64,000 nt of DNA from Chitinophagaceae bacterium (GCA_016717285.1 JADKFU010000004.1:267490-331489); one strand, 5' to 3'. Shown: positions 35,437 through 45,484, counted from the stretch's first letter. Numbers and translations are program-made. The notes: generated by a model from the sequence alone, not told the origin.

Positions 35437-37248
35437 ATGAAAAAAATTTTCCCCCTGCTTTTTTTGATCCTGATTTTTTCTTCCGGAAAAATGATTGCTC
35501 AAAACCTTCCTCATTGGATGACAGAGGAAGAACGTGCCCTGCTTCCTTCCTACCTCATTAATACAGAAGGCATCCGTGATATTACTCCGCCTGATTTTAC
35601 ACCAAGAGCATCAGCCGAATGGGAAGAGATTCAAGGGTTGACCATCACCTGGACAAGCTATACTACCATACTCAAAGCCATTGTGGATGCGGCACAGGAG
35701 GAATGCGTTGTTTATATCGTTTGTACAGATTCCAACAGTGTAAAAAATTCACTCACTTCTTCAGGTATTCCATTAACGAATGTGAAATTTCTGGTGAAGA
35801 GTTTTAATTCTATCTGGTGCCGCGATTATGGTCCCTGGAATATTTACAAAAATGATGTGCAGCAACTTTCATTAACCGATTGGATCTACAATCGTCCGCG
35901 CCCAAAAGACGATGTGATTCCGGGTGCGCTTGCCACAAAAATCGGTTTGCCAATTTATGAGATGACTGCAGCGCCTTATGACCTTGTAGCAACAGGTGGA
36001 AATTTTATGGTGGATGGTCACAACACTGCATTTTCTTCTGAGCTGATTCTTGATGAAAACGGACCCGGAAATGATTATGACGTGACTGTAAAAACAAAAG
36101 CAGATATAGAAGAGATTATGAGTAAATATCTTGGCATTAACCGTTACATCACCATGGAAACATTGCCCTTCGATGAAATTCATCACATCGATATGCACAT
36201 GAAGTTGCTGGATGAAGAAACAATATTAGTCGGTCAGTTTCCAACAGGCGTTGCAGACGGTCCGCAGATTGCAGCCAACATTCAATACGTTAAGGATAAC
36301 TATCTCACCTGTTTTGGCCGGCCTTATAAAATTGTTTACATACCTATGCCGCCAAGCACAACAGGCCAGTATATTCCGCAATCTTCTTACCGCACTTATA
36401 CTAACTCTGTGATCGTGAATAAGACAGTCATCTTACCTACCTACCGGGAAGAGTACGATACCACCGCCATCAGAATTTATAAAGAGAATATGCCCGGTTA
36501 TAAGATTGTCCCTATTGATTGTGACAATAGCAATGCAAACATCATCTCCGCCTTGGGTGCAATCCATTGCATAACCAAGGAAATTGCCCACGCTGACCCG
36601 ATCTGGATTTCACATGCACCGGTTCAGAATAAAGCTGCATCATCTGCTCCCATATTAATAGAAGCCAAAATCAAAACGCCTTCCGGTGTTAGTGATGCTT
36701 CTGTTTTCTGGACGGTGGATACAACTGCAGGATATGCTGAAGTGCCCATGACAGCCGCAGCCAATGATACTTTTTATGCATACCTGCCCGCACAAAATGC
36801 CCCGACAAAAGTTTTTTATTACATACATGCTTCCTCAAACAGTGGAAGAAATATCAGCAAACCGATGACAGCGCCTGAAGGTTATTGGACATTTGAAGTG
36901 CAGAAGAGTCATACGTATACGAATTCCATTCACTTTCCAACCCCTGATTTTTTCTATCAGTTAAATAGAAATGATGCGGAAACAAATGAATGGATGCTGT
37001 ATGATCCTTATCCTAATCCAGCCACCGATAATGTAACGATTGGAATCATGTTACCCAATGATGCACATTGTACAGTTCTGATCAGGAATGTATTAGGGCA
37101 ATCCATTGCAGTGCTTTCAGATGGTGAATTAAAAGGCGGCATTCACAAATTCACTTTTGCTGCCGGAAATGAACCTGCGGGTTTATATTTTGTAGAAGTG
37201 CAGGTTGGGGATAAACTGCTGTCAAAAAAATTCACATTGAACCGATGA
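35437..37248 (+). CDS. Agmatine deiminase / Porphyromonas-type peptidylarginine deiminase family enzyme with T9SS type A C-terminal sorting domain
   Basis: Signal peptide. Guanidino-modifying motifs WCRDYGPW, HHIDMHMKLLDEETILVG, catalytic Cys in GAIHCITKE. C-terminus YPNPATDNVTIG...GLYFVEVQVGDKLLSKKFTLNR is a T9SS CTD. Confidence 0.8.
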   Translation: MKKIFPLLFLILIFSSGKMIAQNLPHWMTEEERALLPSYLINTEGIRDITPPDFTPRASAEWEEIQGLTITWTSYTTILKAIVDAAQEECVVYIVCTDSNSVKNSLTSSGIPLTNVKFLVKSFNSIWCRDYGPWNIYKNDVQQLSLTDWIYNRPRPKDDVIPGALATKIGLPIYEMTAAPYDLVATGGNFMVDGHNTAFSSELILDENGPGNDYDVTVKTKADIEEIMSKYLGINRYITMETLPFDEIHHIDMHMKLLDEETILVGQFPTGVADGPQIAANIQYVKDNYLTCFGRPYKIVYIPMPPSTTGQYIPQSSYRTYTNSVIVNKTVILPTYREEYDTTAIRIYKENMPGYKIVPIDCDNSNANIISALGAIHCITKEIAHADPIWISHAPVQNKAASSAPILIEAKIKTPSGVSDASVFWTVDTTAGYAEVPMTAAANDTFYAYLPAQNAPTKVFYYIHASSNSGRNISKPMTAPEGYWTFEVQKSHTYTNSIHFPTPDFFYQLNRNDAETNEWMLYDPYPNPATDNVTIGIMLPNDAHCTVLIRNVLGQSIAVLSDGELKGGIHKFTFAAGNEPAGLYFVEVQVGDKLLSKKFTLNR

Positions 37249-37272
37249 TCATTCAGTAATCTGCGGTAAAAA

Positions 37273-37938
37273 TTAATGCAGACTGCTGAACCATTCGTTG
37301 TATTGCTGCACAATATTCAGAATATCTGTGGAGCGATAGCCATTCAGTTTTTGGGAAATCCGGCTGGCTAATGCAACATCATCAGCCAGCAGCTTACTCA
37401 TTGCTTCAGCAAAATTTTTGGAAGACGGAATAAAGAATGGTAGTCCGTCTCCCATTTTCAGAATAAAAACGCTTTCATGAAATTTTTCATCATTAACTGT
37501 AATGGGCCGGTCGTTAGTACCATCATGAAGTGTTCCGTTGGCAGGCAGACTGTACCATGCAAATAATTTTAAACGGCCAGCTTCTAACCTTCGAACAAAT
37601 GCCGGTGATGAATTTTTGACAGATTCCATGAGCAACGATTCATACACGCGGTCCTTTACAAGATATCCGCTTGCTTTTGCAGCATCTATTGTCAGCGCAT
37701 TCATATCAGGCGGATTATGCGTGGAATATTGAAACTGCACCTGATTGTCAATCTGATTCGACAAGTAAATAAATCCTTTGACAGTGTCACCCGTAAGCGA
37801 AACGTACCATCCCGGAAACCATTGCCGGATTCCGGGAGTCATCAGGTTGAAACGCGCGTCATTGGTGACTTGTGAAAAACTTTGGAAACCAGTAATCAAC
37901 AACATGGCAAGTAAAAATATACAACCGGACTTAGGCAT
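37273..37938 (-). CDS. Hypothetical secreted protein
   Basis: 221 aa with signal peptide LLITGFQSFSQ. No motif recognised. Confidence 0.6.
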   Translation of the reverse strand: MPKSGCIFLLAMLLITGFQSFSQVTNDARFNLMTPGIRQWFPGWYVSLTGDTVKGFIYLSNQIDNQVQFQYSTHNPPDMNALTIDAAKASGYLVKDRVYESLLMESVKNSSPAFVRRLEAGRLKLFAWYSLPANGTLHDGTNDRPITVNDEKFHESVFILKMGDGLPFFIPSSKNFAEAMSKLLADDVALASRISQKLNGYRSTDILNIVQQYNEWFSSLH

Positions 37939-38065
37939 AGTTGTTTGTTTGTTTTTAATGTGACCTATTTTGAAAGCATATATTTTGTTGCAATATAAGG
38001 ATAATGGTAGCTTAAGAAATTTATTAAAGACGCAAGGGTATACAAGATGTACGCCATTTGGTTTT

Positions 38066-38137
38066 TCTCACAAAGGCGAAAAGCACGTAAAGATAAATAC
38101 CCTTATTTCCTTTGCGACCTTTGCGACTTTGCTAGCG
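38066..38137. repeat. AAAGGCG / CTTTGCG word cluster
   Basis: ctcacaaaggcgaaaagcacgtaaag...tttcctttgcgacctttgcgactttgctagcgac. Confidence 0.75.
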
Positions 38138-38398
38138 ACTCCCTTTATACATTTGTAATGAATTCAATTTCGTAAACAGGAAACATACACTGGCAATTTG
38201 TCTTTGAATTTTGCTAACTGCTTAGAAAATTTTCATGATAATTAACCGATATATTCTTCAGGATATGCTTGATGCTGTCTCAGATATGCAATGAATTCAT
38301 TGCAGCGCTTTTTCCATTGGACTACCTGTAAATAAACATACTTAACTAAACAAACTCACTTCCATCCCTCCCCACCTTTTTTGTATTTTTACCCGCCT

Positions 38399-39739
38399 AT
38401 GAACCCAACCGACAGAACAGTAGCTCCGCCTTTACGTGACATTGAATCCATCATGCTGCCACCTATTAACAGATTTCAGTTAAGCAATGGCATTCCTGTG
38501 GTAAGTATTAATGCGGGAAGCCAGGAGGTAACCAAAGTGGAATTGATTTTTGACGCCGGACGCTGGCAGGAACCAAGACGGGCGGTGGCAGCCACCACCA
38601 GCAAATTACTGATGGAAGGAACCGCTGATAAAACAGCGCAGCAAGTAGCGGAAGCCATCGAATTCTATGGCGCAAGCATTACCGCAGATGCGACAATAGA
38701 TTACGGACAGGTTTCACTTTTCTCTCTGAATAAACACCTCGACCGTTTATTTCCATTGTTGCAGGAAGTAATTTATGGCGCAACTTTTCCTGATAAGGAA
38801 TTAACCACCTATATACAAAACAGCAAACAACGCTTGCTGGTGAATTTGCAAAAAGTGGATTTCCTCGCACACAAAACTTTCAACGAACAACTGTACAGTG
38901 GCAATTATCCATCAGGCTATACTACTTCACCCGAAGATTACGACCAGATTGATGCTTCCATCCTGAAATCTTTTCATGCCTCGCAGTACCGCAATGGTGC
39001 ATTTAAAATTATCGTAGCCGGAAAAATAACCGATCATCTTTTCGAATTGCTGGAAACCTATTTTGGAAAAAGCAATTTTTCTAAAGCAGCACCTGCACCT
39101 TACAATCATTCCATTGAAAAAACAAGCAGCGGAAAAATGTTCACAGCAAAAAAAGACGCTGTGCAATCAGGCATCCGCATTGGAAAAATGCTCGTGAACA
39201 AACTGCATCCTGACTATCCTTCTTTACGGGTGCTCAATACCATTTTTGGCGGATACTTCGGAAGCCGGCTGATGCAAAATCTTCGCGAGGACAAAGGTTA
39301 TTGTTATGGTGTGCATTCTTCCATCTCTTCTTATTTGCACGATGCTCATTTGTATGTAACCACAGAAGTAGGTGGCGAAGTAACCTGGGACGCCGTGAAG
39401 GAAATTTATTACGAGATGGAACGTTTACGCTCAGAACCTGTGCCGGAAGAGGAACTGCAACTCGTTAAGAATTATTTGCTGGGTGTGTTTCTTTCAGATG
39501 TAGATGGCGCATTTAATGTGGCGGAAGTAATGCGTGGACTGGTGGTGTATGGATTAAGAGAAGATTTTTTTTACAACCTGATTCATACTATTAGAACCAT
39601 CACGCCGGCTGAAGTACAATCATTGGCCAATAAATACATGAATACTGAAGGCATGCTGGAAGTAGTTGCAGGAAATCCGATTTACGCCGATACAAATAAT
39701 ACGTCGGTAATGCCTGATTTGGAAACACATTTGTCTTAA
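38399..39739 (+). CDS. M16 family peptidase-like protein, non-catalytic-type subunit (no HxxEH)
   Basis: M16 fold pattern (LLMEGTADKTAQQVAEAIEFYGA, C-terminal M16_C-like half), but the zinc motif is absent. ATG at 38399 preferred over TTG 38381. Confidence 0.75.
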   Translation: MNPTDRTVAPPLRDIESIMLPPINRFQLSNGIPVVSINAGSQEVTKVELIFDAGRWQEPRRAVAATTSKLLMEGTADKTAQQVAEAIEFYGASITADATIDYGQVSLFSLNKHLDRLFPLLQEVIYGATFPDKELTTYIQNSKQRLLVNLQKVDFLAHKTFNEQLYSGNYPSGYTTSPEDYDQIDASILKSFHASQYRNGAFKIIVAGKITDHLFELLETYFGKSNFSKAAPAPYNHSIEKTSSGKMFTAKKDAVQSGIRIGKMLVNKLHPDYPSLRVLNTIFGGYFGSRLMQNLREDKGYCYGVHSSISSYLHDAHLYVTTEVGGEVTWDAVKEIYYEMERLRSEPVPEEELQLVKNYLLGVFLSDVDGAFNVAEVMRGLVVYGLREDFFYNLIHTIRTITPAEVQSLANKYMNTEGMLEVVAGNPIYADTNNTSVMPDLETHLS

Positions 39740-39771
39740 TTTCAATCAGCAGCTATAAGGAATTGACTCTT

Positions 39772-41544
39772 ATGAAGAATTACTGCAGCAAAATAGTATG
39801 CCTGGTTTTTCTCCATTGCCTGCTGGCATTTACAAATAGCATTGCCCAGGATGTAAATGCTCCTGTCCTAAAATGTGTTACCCAGATTTCAATTAATTTC
39901 AATCCATACATTCGCCTCCTCTGGACTTTGCCGACAAATGCATGTGGTACTTTTAACGCGTACTACATTTATAGAAGCACGAATATTAATGGTCCTTATA
40001 CGCTGATCTATTCAGAAACAAATGCAGCGGCTACCTCCTATGACGATGGTCCAATTGCCGTTGGACCTGTGTATTATTACTATATGGTGAGTGATTACAC
40101 TTGTCCGGGTGGTAACTTTCTGCATTCAGATACGCTGGACAGCGCCGATCCTTCATTCCCACTTATTAATTACGTTACTGTAAAAAATAATGCAGTCGAA
40201 ATAAACTGGAAGCCAAGCATAACACCGGATACCTATGGATATATCATTTATCGTTTTTTAAATGGAGGCAATGTAAACCTGGATACAATTTATGGAAGAA
40301 CCAATACTACCTACACCGATTTAACGGCGCAGCCCAATACGGATTCTATGAGCTATGTGCTTTGTTCCATTGATAGTTGTCTGAATACCGGACCGATAGA
40401 TGAAATGCCGCAACACAGCATTTTTCTAAAGCAAGAAGTTGACCGTTGCAACAATACCGTTACCCTGAATTGGTATGCATACACTCACTGGTTGCCTGAT
40501 GTGCTTCAGTATGATGTTATGGTTGCTGTAAATGGAGGACCTTATAACAGCATTCAAACATTGCCTCCAGGCACATTAAGTTACCAGGTAACAGGTTTGA
40601 ATGACGGCGATATTATTTGTTTCCAGGTAGTTGCCACGCAAACCACCACGCTGATTACTTCCACCTCCAATGAACTGTGTGCAAAGCTGAACGTTGTGCA
40701 GCCATCCGGTGATTTATATATCAGGAATGTGTCTGTAGCAGCGCCGGGAAAAGTGAATGTCTACTACTCCGTCGATCCTTTGGCTGATTTATTAAGTCTG
40801 AAAATTCAGCGTAGCCTCGACAGCACCGGATTCACACAAATTGCAGTTATTGTTCCACCGGCAAATCTTTCAGTAATCAATGTGTATACAGATACCACTG
40901 CACTTACCAGTTCGCTGAGTTACTACTATCGCATCATTGCGAGTGACAGTTGTGGGAACGTTGACACCTCCACCATCGGTAAAAGCATACTGTTGAGCGG
41001 TTATGCATTCAGCGATCTGAGTTTTTTGGTGAAATGGGACGAATCTTTTCTGCAGTATGGAACAGTAACGGGTTACCAGCTCTTTCGTGATGATGGCAAT
41101 GGCTTCAACAGCATTTCCAATTTTAATGAAACCACCAGGGAATACGCGGAAAAAAATCTTCCCGGGCCAACACCCTGCTATTATGTGGAAGGAATTGATT
41201 CCATGATTTTTCCGAACGGAACCATTGATACAGTTCATAGCCGCTCTAATGTATTGTGTTTAAATCAACCCAGCCAGATTTATATGCCCAATGCATTCGC
41301 GCCGGAAGGAAACAACAATGTCTTTAAACCGATCCTGAATATGGAAGGTGTTACCTCTTTCAGTTTCTCCATCTTCAACCGATGGGGAAAAGAAATTTTT
41401 ACTTCACTCAACCAGGATGATGGATGGGATGGCCGTGACAAAGGTATATTGGTGCAACAAGGTGCTTATGCTTACCAGGTGGTAGTGGTGGATGGAAATA
41501 AAAAACGCATTGAAGCAAAAGGAACAGTGCTCGTGGTGAGATAA
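39772..41544 (+). CDS. Surface protein with FN3/Ig-like repeats and T9SS type B (gliding-motility-associated) C-terminal domain
   Basis: Signal peptide. C-terminus IYMPNAFAPEGNNNVFKPI...FNRWGKEIFTS...GWDGRDKG...GAYAYQVVV matches the CHU_C / type B sorting domain. Confidence 0.8.
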   Translation: MKNYCSKIVCLVFLHCLLAFTNSIAQDVNAPVLKCVTQISINFNPYIRLLWTLPTNACGTFNAYYIYRSTNINGPYTLIYSETNAAATSYDDGPIAVGPVYYYYMVSDYTCPGGNFLHSDTLDSADPSFPLINYVTVKNNAVEINWKPSITPDTYGYIIYRFLNGGNVNLDTIYGRTNTTYTDLTAQPNTDSMSYVLCSIDSCLNTGPIDEMPQHSIFLKQEVDRCNNTVTLNWYAYTHWLPDVLQYDVMVAVNGGPYNSIQTLPPGTLSYQVTGLNDGDIICFQVVATQTTTLITSTSNELCAKLNVVQPSGDLYIRNVSVAAPGKVNVYYSVDPLADLLSLKIQRSLDSTGFTQIAVIVPPANLSVINVYTDTTALTSSLSYYYRIIASDSCGNVDTSTIGKSILLSGYAFSDLSFLVKWDESFLQYGTVTGYQLFRDDGNGFNSISNFNETTREYAEKNLPGPTPCYYVEGIDSMIFPNGTIDTVHSRSNVLCLNQPSQIYMPNAFAPEGNNNVFKPILNMEGVTSFSFSIFNRWGKEIFTSLNQDDGWDGRDKGILVQQGAYAYQVVVVDGNKKRIEAKGTVLVVR

Positions 41545-41667
41545 TTGTGCTGATTCCTGTACCCACTTCTTATTGTGAAATCAACTTTTGCAGGGTTTGC
41601 AAGTATAGTACATCGACCTGGTTGGAGATAAAACCTACAGTATTTTCTCTATATCAATGTAAGGAAC

Positions 41668-42660
41668 TCACTCATTCAGCATCTTCCATATCTTATCCTT
41701 CAGCTTGTCGATATTTTTTCCTGTTAAGGAAGAAATGAAAATATGAGGCAATGCACGCGGCAATTCTTTCTTCAGCATTTTTTCAAGCTCCTCATCAATC
41801 AAATCACTTTTTGTAATGGCGAGCAATCGTGGCTTGATGAGCAGTTCAGGATTGTACTGCTTAAGTTCGTTGTATAAAATTTTATATTCCTTTTTGATAT
41901 CGTCACAATCTGCTGCTACCATAAACAACAGCATCGAATTACGTTCGATATGACGAAGAAACCGTTGTCCCAATCCTCTTCCTTCATGAGCACCTTCAAT
42001 AATGCCCGGCAGGTCGGCCATCACAAAAGATTGATTGCTGTGATAGGAAACAATACCAAGATTGGGAACGAGCGTAGTAAATGGATAATTGCCGATTTCA
42101 GGTCTTGCAGCACTCACAGTTGAAAGCAGTGTTGATTTTCCTGCATTGGGAAATCCGACAAGGCCCACATCAGCCAGCAGTTTCAGCTCAAGAATTTTCC
42201 AACCTTCATCACCATGCTCACCATCCTGCGCGTACATGGGAACCTGGTTGGTTGGACTTCTGAAATGCCAGTTGCCTTGTCCGCCACGGCCACCTTTTAT
42301 CAGTATCTCCTCTTGTTTATGTTCCGTAATTTCAAATAGAATGTTGCCGGTAACTGCATCTTTGGCAACTGTTCCAAGCGGTACTTCCAGCATCATATCC
42401 TTTCCATTAGCGCCGGTAGAACGGCCATCACTTCCGGGCGTTCCGTTTTTTGCATGAATATGTTTACGGTATTTAAGGTGCAGCAGTGTCCACAATTGTT
42501 TGTTACCACGAAGTATCACATGGCCGCCTCTTCCGCCATCGCCGCCATCAGGACCACCTTTGGCTGTAACTTTATCGTGGCGAAAATGGATGCTGCCCGC
42601 GCCACCATTGCCGCTGCGGCAGAAAATTTTTACGTAATCAACAAAGTTTGAACCTTCCAC
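41668..42660 (-). CDS. obg: GTPase Obg/CgtA
   Basis: [25 protein letters not shown] Obg fold. G motifs [24 protein letters not shown] start at 42660 gives the canonical N-terminus; the track ORF begins 14 codons upstream. Confidence 0.9.
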   Translation of the reverse strand: MEGSNFVDYVKIFCRSGNGGAGSIHFRHDKVTAKGGPDGGDGGRGGHVILRGNKQLWTLLHLKYRKHIHAKNGTPGSDGRSTGANGKDMMLEVPLGTVAKDAVTGNILFEITEHKQEEILIKGGRGGQGNWHFRSPTNQVPMYAQDGEHGDEGWKILELKLLADVGLVGFPNAGKSTLLSTVSAARPEIGNYPFTTLVPNLGIVSYHSNQSFVMADLPGIIEGAHEGRGLGQRFLRHIERNSMLLFMVAADCDDIKKEYKILYNELKQYNPELLIKPRLLAITKSDLIDEELEKMLKKELPRALPHIFISSLTGKNIDKLKDKIWKMLNE

Positions 42661-42729
42661 TGCGAGTATTAAAATGCTGCAATAACCAACATGGTTATAC
42701 AATGCGTGAAGGTAAGCAATTGCATTTGG

Positions 42730-43323
42730 CTAAGCCTTACCGGGAAGCAGGCGATCAATCTCCGTGCAAAGCAATTCGAAAACTTCATCCACAGTACCTT
42801 CACCTTTCAGCTCCATAAATTTATGCTGATCACTGTAATAAGCTGCTAAGGGAAGTGTCTGATCGCGATAGACCTGCATGCGTTTGCGGATTACTACTTC
42901 ATTGTTGTCGTCGGTACGACCGGAACTCTGGCCACGCAGCAAGAGTCGCTGCACCACTTCTTCTTCCTGCACCAACAATGATAAAACGATGGTGATATCG
43001 GAGTTGCGCTCACTGAAAAACTGATCGAGTGCATCGGCTTGCGGAATGGTACGAGGAAAACCATCGAAGATGATGCCTTCACTCTTCATCAGATCCTTAC
43101 CATCAATGTAATTGGCGAGCACGCGAAAAGTGAGTTCGTCGGGCACCAGTTGTCCGTGGTCCATGTATGATTTCAGCTCCGTTCCCAGATCGGAAGGCGT
43201 AGTGATTACCGCTCTGAAAATATCGCCCGTTGAAATATGTGCTAAGCCGTATTTCTCTTTCAGTTTTACTGCCTGAGTTCCTTTGCCGCTGCCGGGAGGG
43301 CCGAAGAGGATGATGTTTAACAT
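42730..43323 (-). CDS. adk: Adenylate kinase
   Basis: MLNIILFGPPGSGKGTQ P-loop and GFPRTIPQA. Confidence 0.95.
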   Translation of the reverse strand: MLNIILFGPPGSGKGTQAVKLKEKYGLAHISTGDIFRAVITTPSDLGTELKSYMDHGQLVPDELTFRVLANYIDGKDLMKSEGIIFDGFPRTIPQADALDQFFSERNSDITIVLSLLVQEEEVVQRLLLRGQSSGRTDDNNEVVIRKRMQVYRDQTLPLAAYYSDQHKFMELKGEGTVDEVFELLCTEIDRLLPGKA

Positions 43324-43369
43324 TGTTATCAGTTATTTTTTTTCACTTGGAAGTGTTTGGCATTTAGAT

Positions 43370-43481
43370 GGTTAAATGGTTGGATGGCTAAATGGTTAAA
43401 TTGTTTCATTGTTGGTTGCAAAATCGGAATCAGTACATTATTGTGAGATTAACAATTAAACAATTTAACAGTTAAACAATG
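43370..43481. repeat. GGTTAAATGG and TTAAACAAT word arrays
   Basis: ggttaaatggttggatggctaaatggttaaattg (43370-43403) and attaacaattaaacaatttaacagttaaacaatg (43448-43481), between hpt and adk. Confidence 0.85.
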
Positions 43482-43494
43482 CATTCTCATCACA

Positions 43495-44028
43495 TCAAAC
43501 CCTCACATAAATATCCTTTAAATTTCTCCCCAAACCATCATAGTCCAATCCAAAGCCGACCAGAAATTCATTCGGCACTTTAAATCCGATATAATCAATC
43601 TCCATATCGGATTCCAATGCATCAGGCTTGAATAACAAGGCCGCAATGCGCACACTTTCAGGTTGGAGGGTATGAATGTATTTCAAAAACTCTCTCACTG
43701 TTTTGCCTGTATCCACAATGTCTTCAATAATCACCACATTCCGGCCTTTCAGATCAGCGTTTAAACCAATCAATGTTTTCACTTTGCCGGAAGAGGACGT
43801 TCCTTCATACGAAGAAAGTTTCACGAAAGTGATTTCACATTCGATGTTCAACTGCTGCATCAATTCACCTGCAAACATGAAGACGCCATTGAGAATACCG
43901 ATGAAGAGCGGTTTTTCATGCCGAAGGTCATAATTCATGGCTGCCGCCATCTCGCTGATTCGCTGTCGAATAGTTTCAGAAGGAATATAGGTGCGGAAAT
44001 TCAGGTCATGCAGTCGTACAACATCCAT
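43495..44028 (-). CDS. hpt: Hypoxanthine phosphoribosyltransferase
   Basis: PRPP-binding motif VVIIEDIVDTGKT and C-terminal VGFGLDY. TATTTTTG box only 4 nt upstream of the ATG, so possibly leaderless. Confidence 0.9.
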   Translation of the reverse strand: MDVVRLHDLNFRTYIPSETIRQRISEMAAAMNYDLRHEKPLFIGILNGVFMFAGELMQQLNIECEITFVKLSSYEGTSSSGKVKTLIGLNADLKGRNVVIIEDIVDTGKTVREFLKYIHTLQPESVRIAALLFKPDALESDMEIDYIGFKVPNEFLVGFGLDYDGLGRNLKDIYVRV

Positions 44029-44032
44029 GCGG

Positions 44033-44040
44033 CAAAAATA
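44033..44040 (-). promoter_or_regulatory. Candidate -7 box TATTTTTG for hpt (near-leaderless geometry)
   Basis: Exact TAnnTTTG on the minus strand, only 4 nt upstream of ATG 44028. Confidence 0.4.
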
Positions 44041-44055
44041 GCAGATTAGTTTAAA

Positions 44056-44195
44056 GGAATTGGAAATTGAGAATCAGGAATTGATGAAAATGATTTGCTG
44101 ATGGTTTGATAGGCCAATGTGCCAATGCAAAGATTTATGACCAATGACCGGTGACTATTGACGTAAGACTAAAAGACGTAAGACTTAGGACTAAG
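44056..44195. repeat. Composite word array (GGAATTG, GCCAATG, ATGACC, GTAAGACT)
   Basis: ggaattggaaattgagaatcaggaattga ... ggccaatgtgccaatgc ... atgaccaatgaccggtgac ... gacgtaagactaaaagacgtaagacttaggactaag, between lolE-like and hpt. Confidence 0.85.
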
Positions 44196-44215
44196 AAACA
44201 ACTAACGACTCACTA

Positions 44216-45484
44216 CTACTCTTCAGTCAACCGGTATTCATTTTTTGCAGCGCGCCACGAAGGGAACCATGACGCCAGGAGACCAATGGAGATAACTGTA
44301 ATGAAAACCAACACAAAATCTCCTGCTTTCATTTGAACAGGATAGGCATCAATTACAAAAGAGCCACCACCAATTTTCAATATTTCAAATTTGTGTTGAA
44401 CAATGATGATGATGGCTGCCAGTAAAAAGCCCGAGCAACAACCAATGAAAGAGAGCAGCGTGCCTTCAAATAAAAATATCTTCCTGATAAGGCTTTCATC
44501 AGCTCCCATTGCTTTCAGGATGGCGATGTCTTTCTTCTTTTCAATCACGAGCATACTGAGTGAACCAACAATATTAAATGCAGCTACAATCAGTATGAAC
44601 GTAAGAATTGCATACACGGCCCACTTTTCAGTGCGCATCACTTTATAAAGCACGGCATTCTGCTGCAAACGGTTTCTCACTTCGAAAGAAGTTCCCATCA
44701 ATTTTTGAATGGCAGACTGCAGCTTTACTTCATCTACACCGGATTCTGTCGCAATTTCCAGGTACGAAACCTGTTTTTCATACCCTGTAAGCCAACGAGC
44801 AAAACTCAGTGGCACAAAAACATATTTGCTGTCGAACTCCGATTGAATAGCGAAGCTGCCGGCAGGTCTTATCGGTCCGCGGTTGAAAGCATCTTCAGGA
44901 TTGATAGCGGTGGTTTTGTCTTTGCGGGGAATATAAACGGTGAGAAAACCAAACGGATTATCGTAGTTGATGCCCAATGCCTGTTCTATTCCCAATCCGA
45001 CAACAGCAAGATCTTCGCCGACGTTTTTCAGTTTGAATTCACCATAGTACATCGCGGAATCTATTCCGGTAAGTGATCCATAATCAACATCCACTCCTTT
45101 TATTGTTGCAATGTATTGACGGTCTGCATACGTGAGCAAAGCATTTTCTTCCACCACTTCTGCTACTGCCCTGATGCCACCGAGCTTTTTTAATTCCAGC
45201 ATTTGCATTGAATCCGGTGTGAAAGATTTGCCCGCTTTAGCAGTTACTGTAAAATCCGGATTGAAGGAATTATAAAGTGAAATCACTAATCCTTCAAAGC
45301 CATTGAAAACCGAGAGCACGAGAATCAAACCCAAGGAACCAACGAACATGCCCAACACAGAAACCCAGGAAATGATGTTGATCGCATTGCTGGATTTTTT
45401 GCTGAACAGGTAACGGTAAGCGAAGGAGAAGGGAAGATTCAAAGAGGAGTATTTAATGATTTCATTGCGGCTTACATCAATCAC
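44216..45484 (-). CDS. FtsX-family ABC transporter permease (LolE/LolC-like)
   Basis: N-terminal NLPFSFAYRYLFSKK, large periplasmic loop, C-terminal FtsX 3-TM bundle (ILKAMGA). GTG start. Confidence 0.85.
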   Translation of the reverse strand: MIDVSRNEIIKYSSLNLPFSFAYRYLFSKKSSNAINIISWVSVLGMFVGSLGLILVLSVFNGFEGLVISLYNSFNPDFTVTAKAGKSFTPDSMQMLELKKLGGIRAVAEVVEENALLTYADRQYIATIKGVDVDYGSLTGIDSAMYYGEFKLKNVGEDLAVVGLGIEQALGINYDNPFGFLTVYIPRKDKTTAINPEDAFNRGPIRPAGSFAIQSEFDSKYVFVPLSFARWLTGYEKQVSYLEIATESGVDEVKLQSAIQKLMGTSFEVRNRLQQNAVLYKVMRTEKWAVYAILTFILIVAAFNIVGSLSMLVIEKKKDIAILKAMGADESLIRKIFLFEGTLLSFIGCCSGFLLAAIIIIVQHKFEILKIGGGSFVIDAYPVQMKAGDFVLVFITVISIGLLASWFPSWRAAKNEYRLTEE

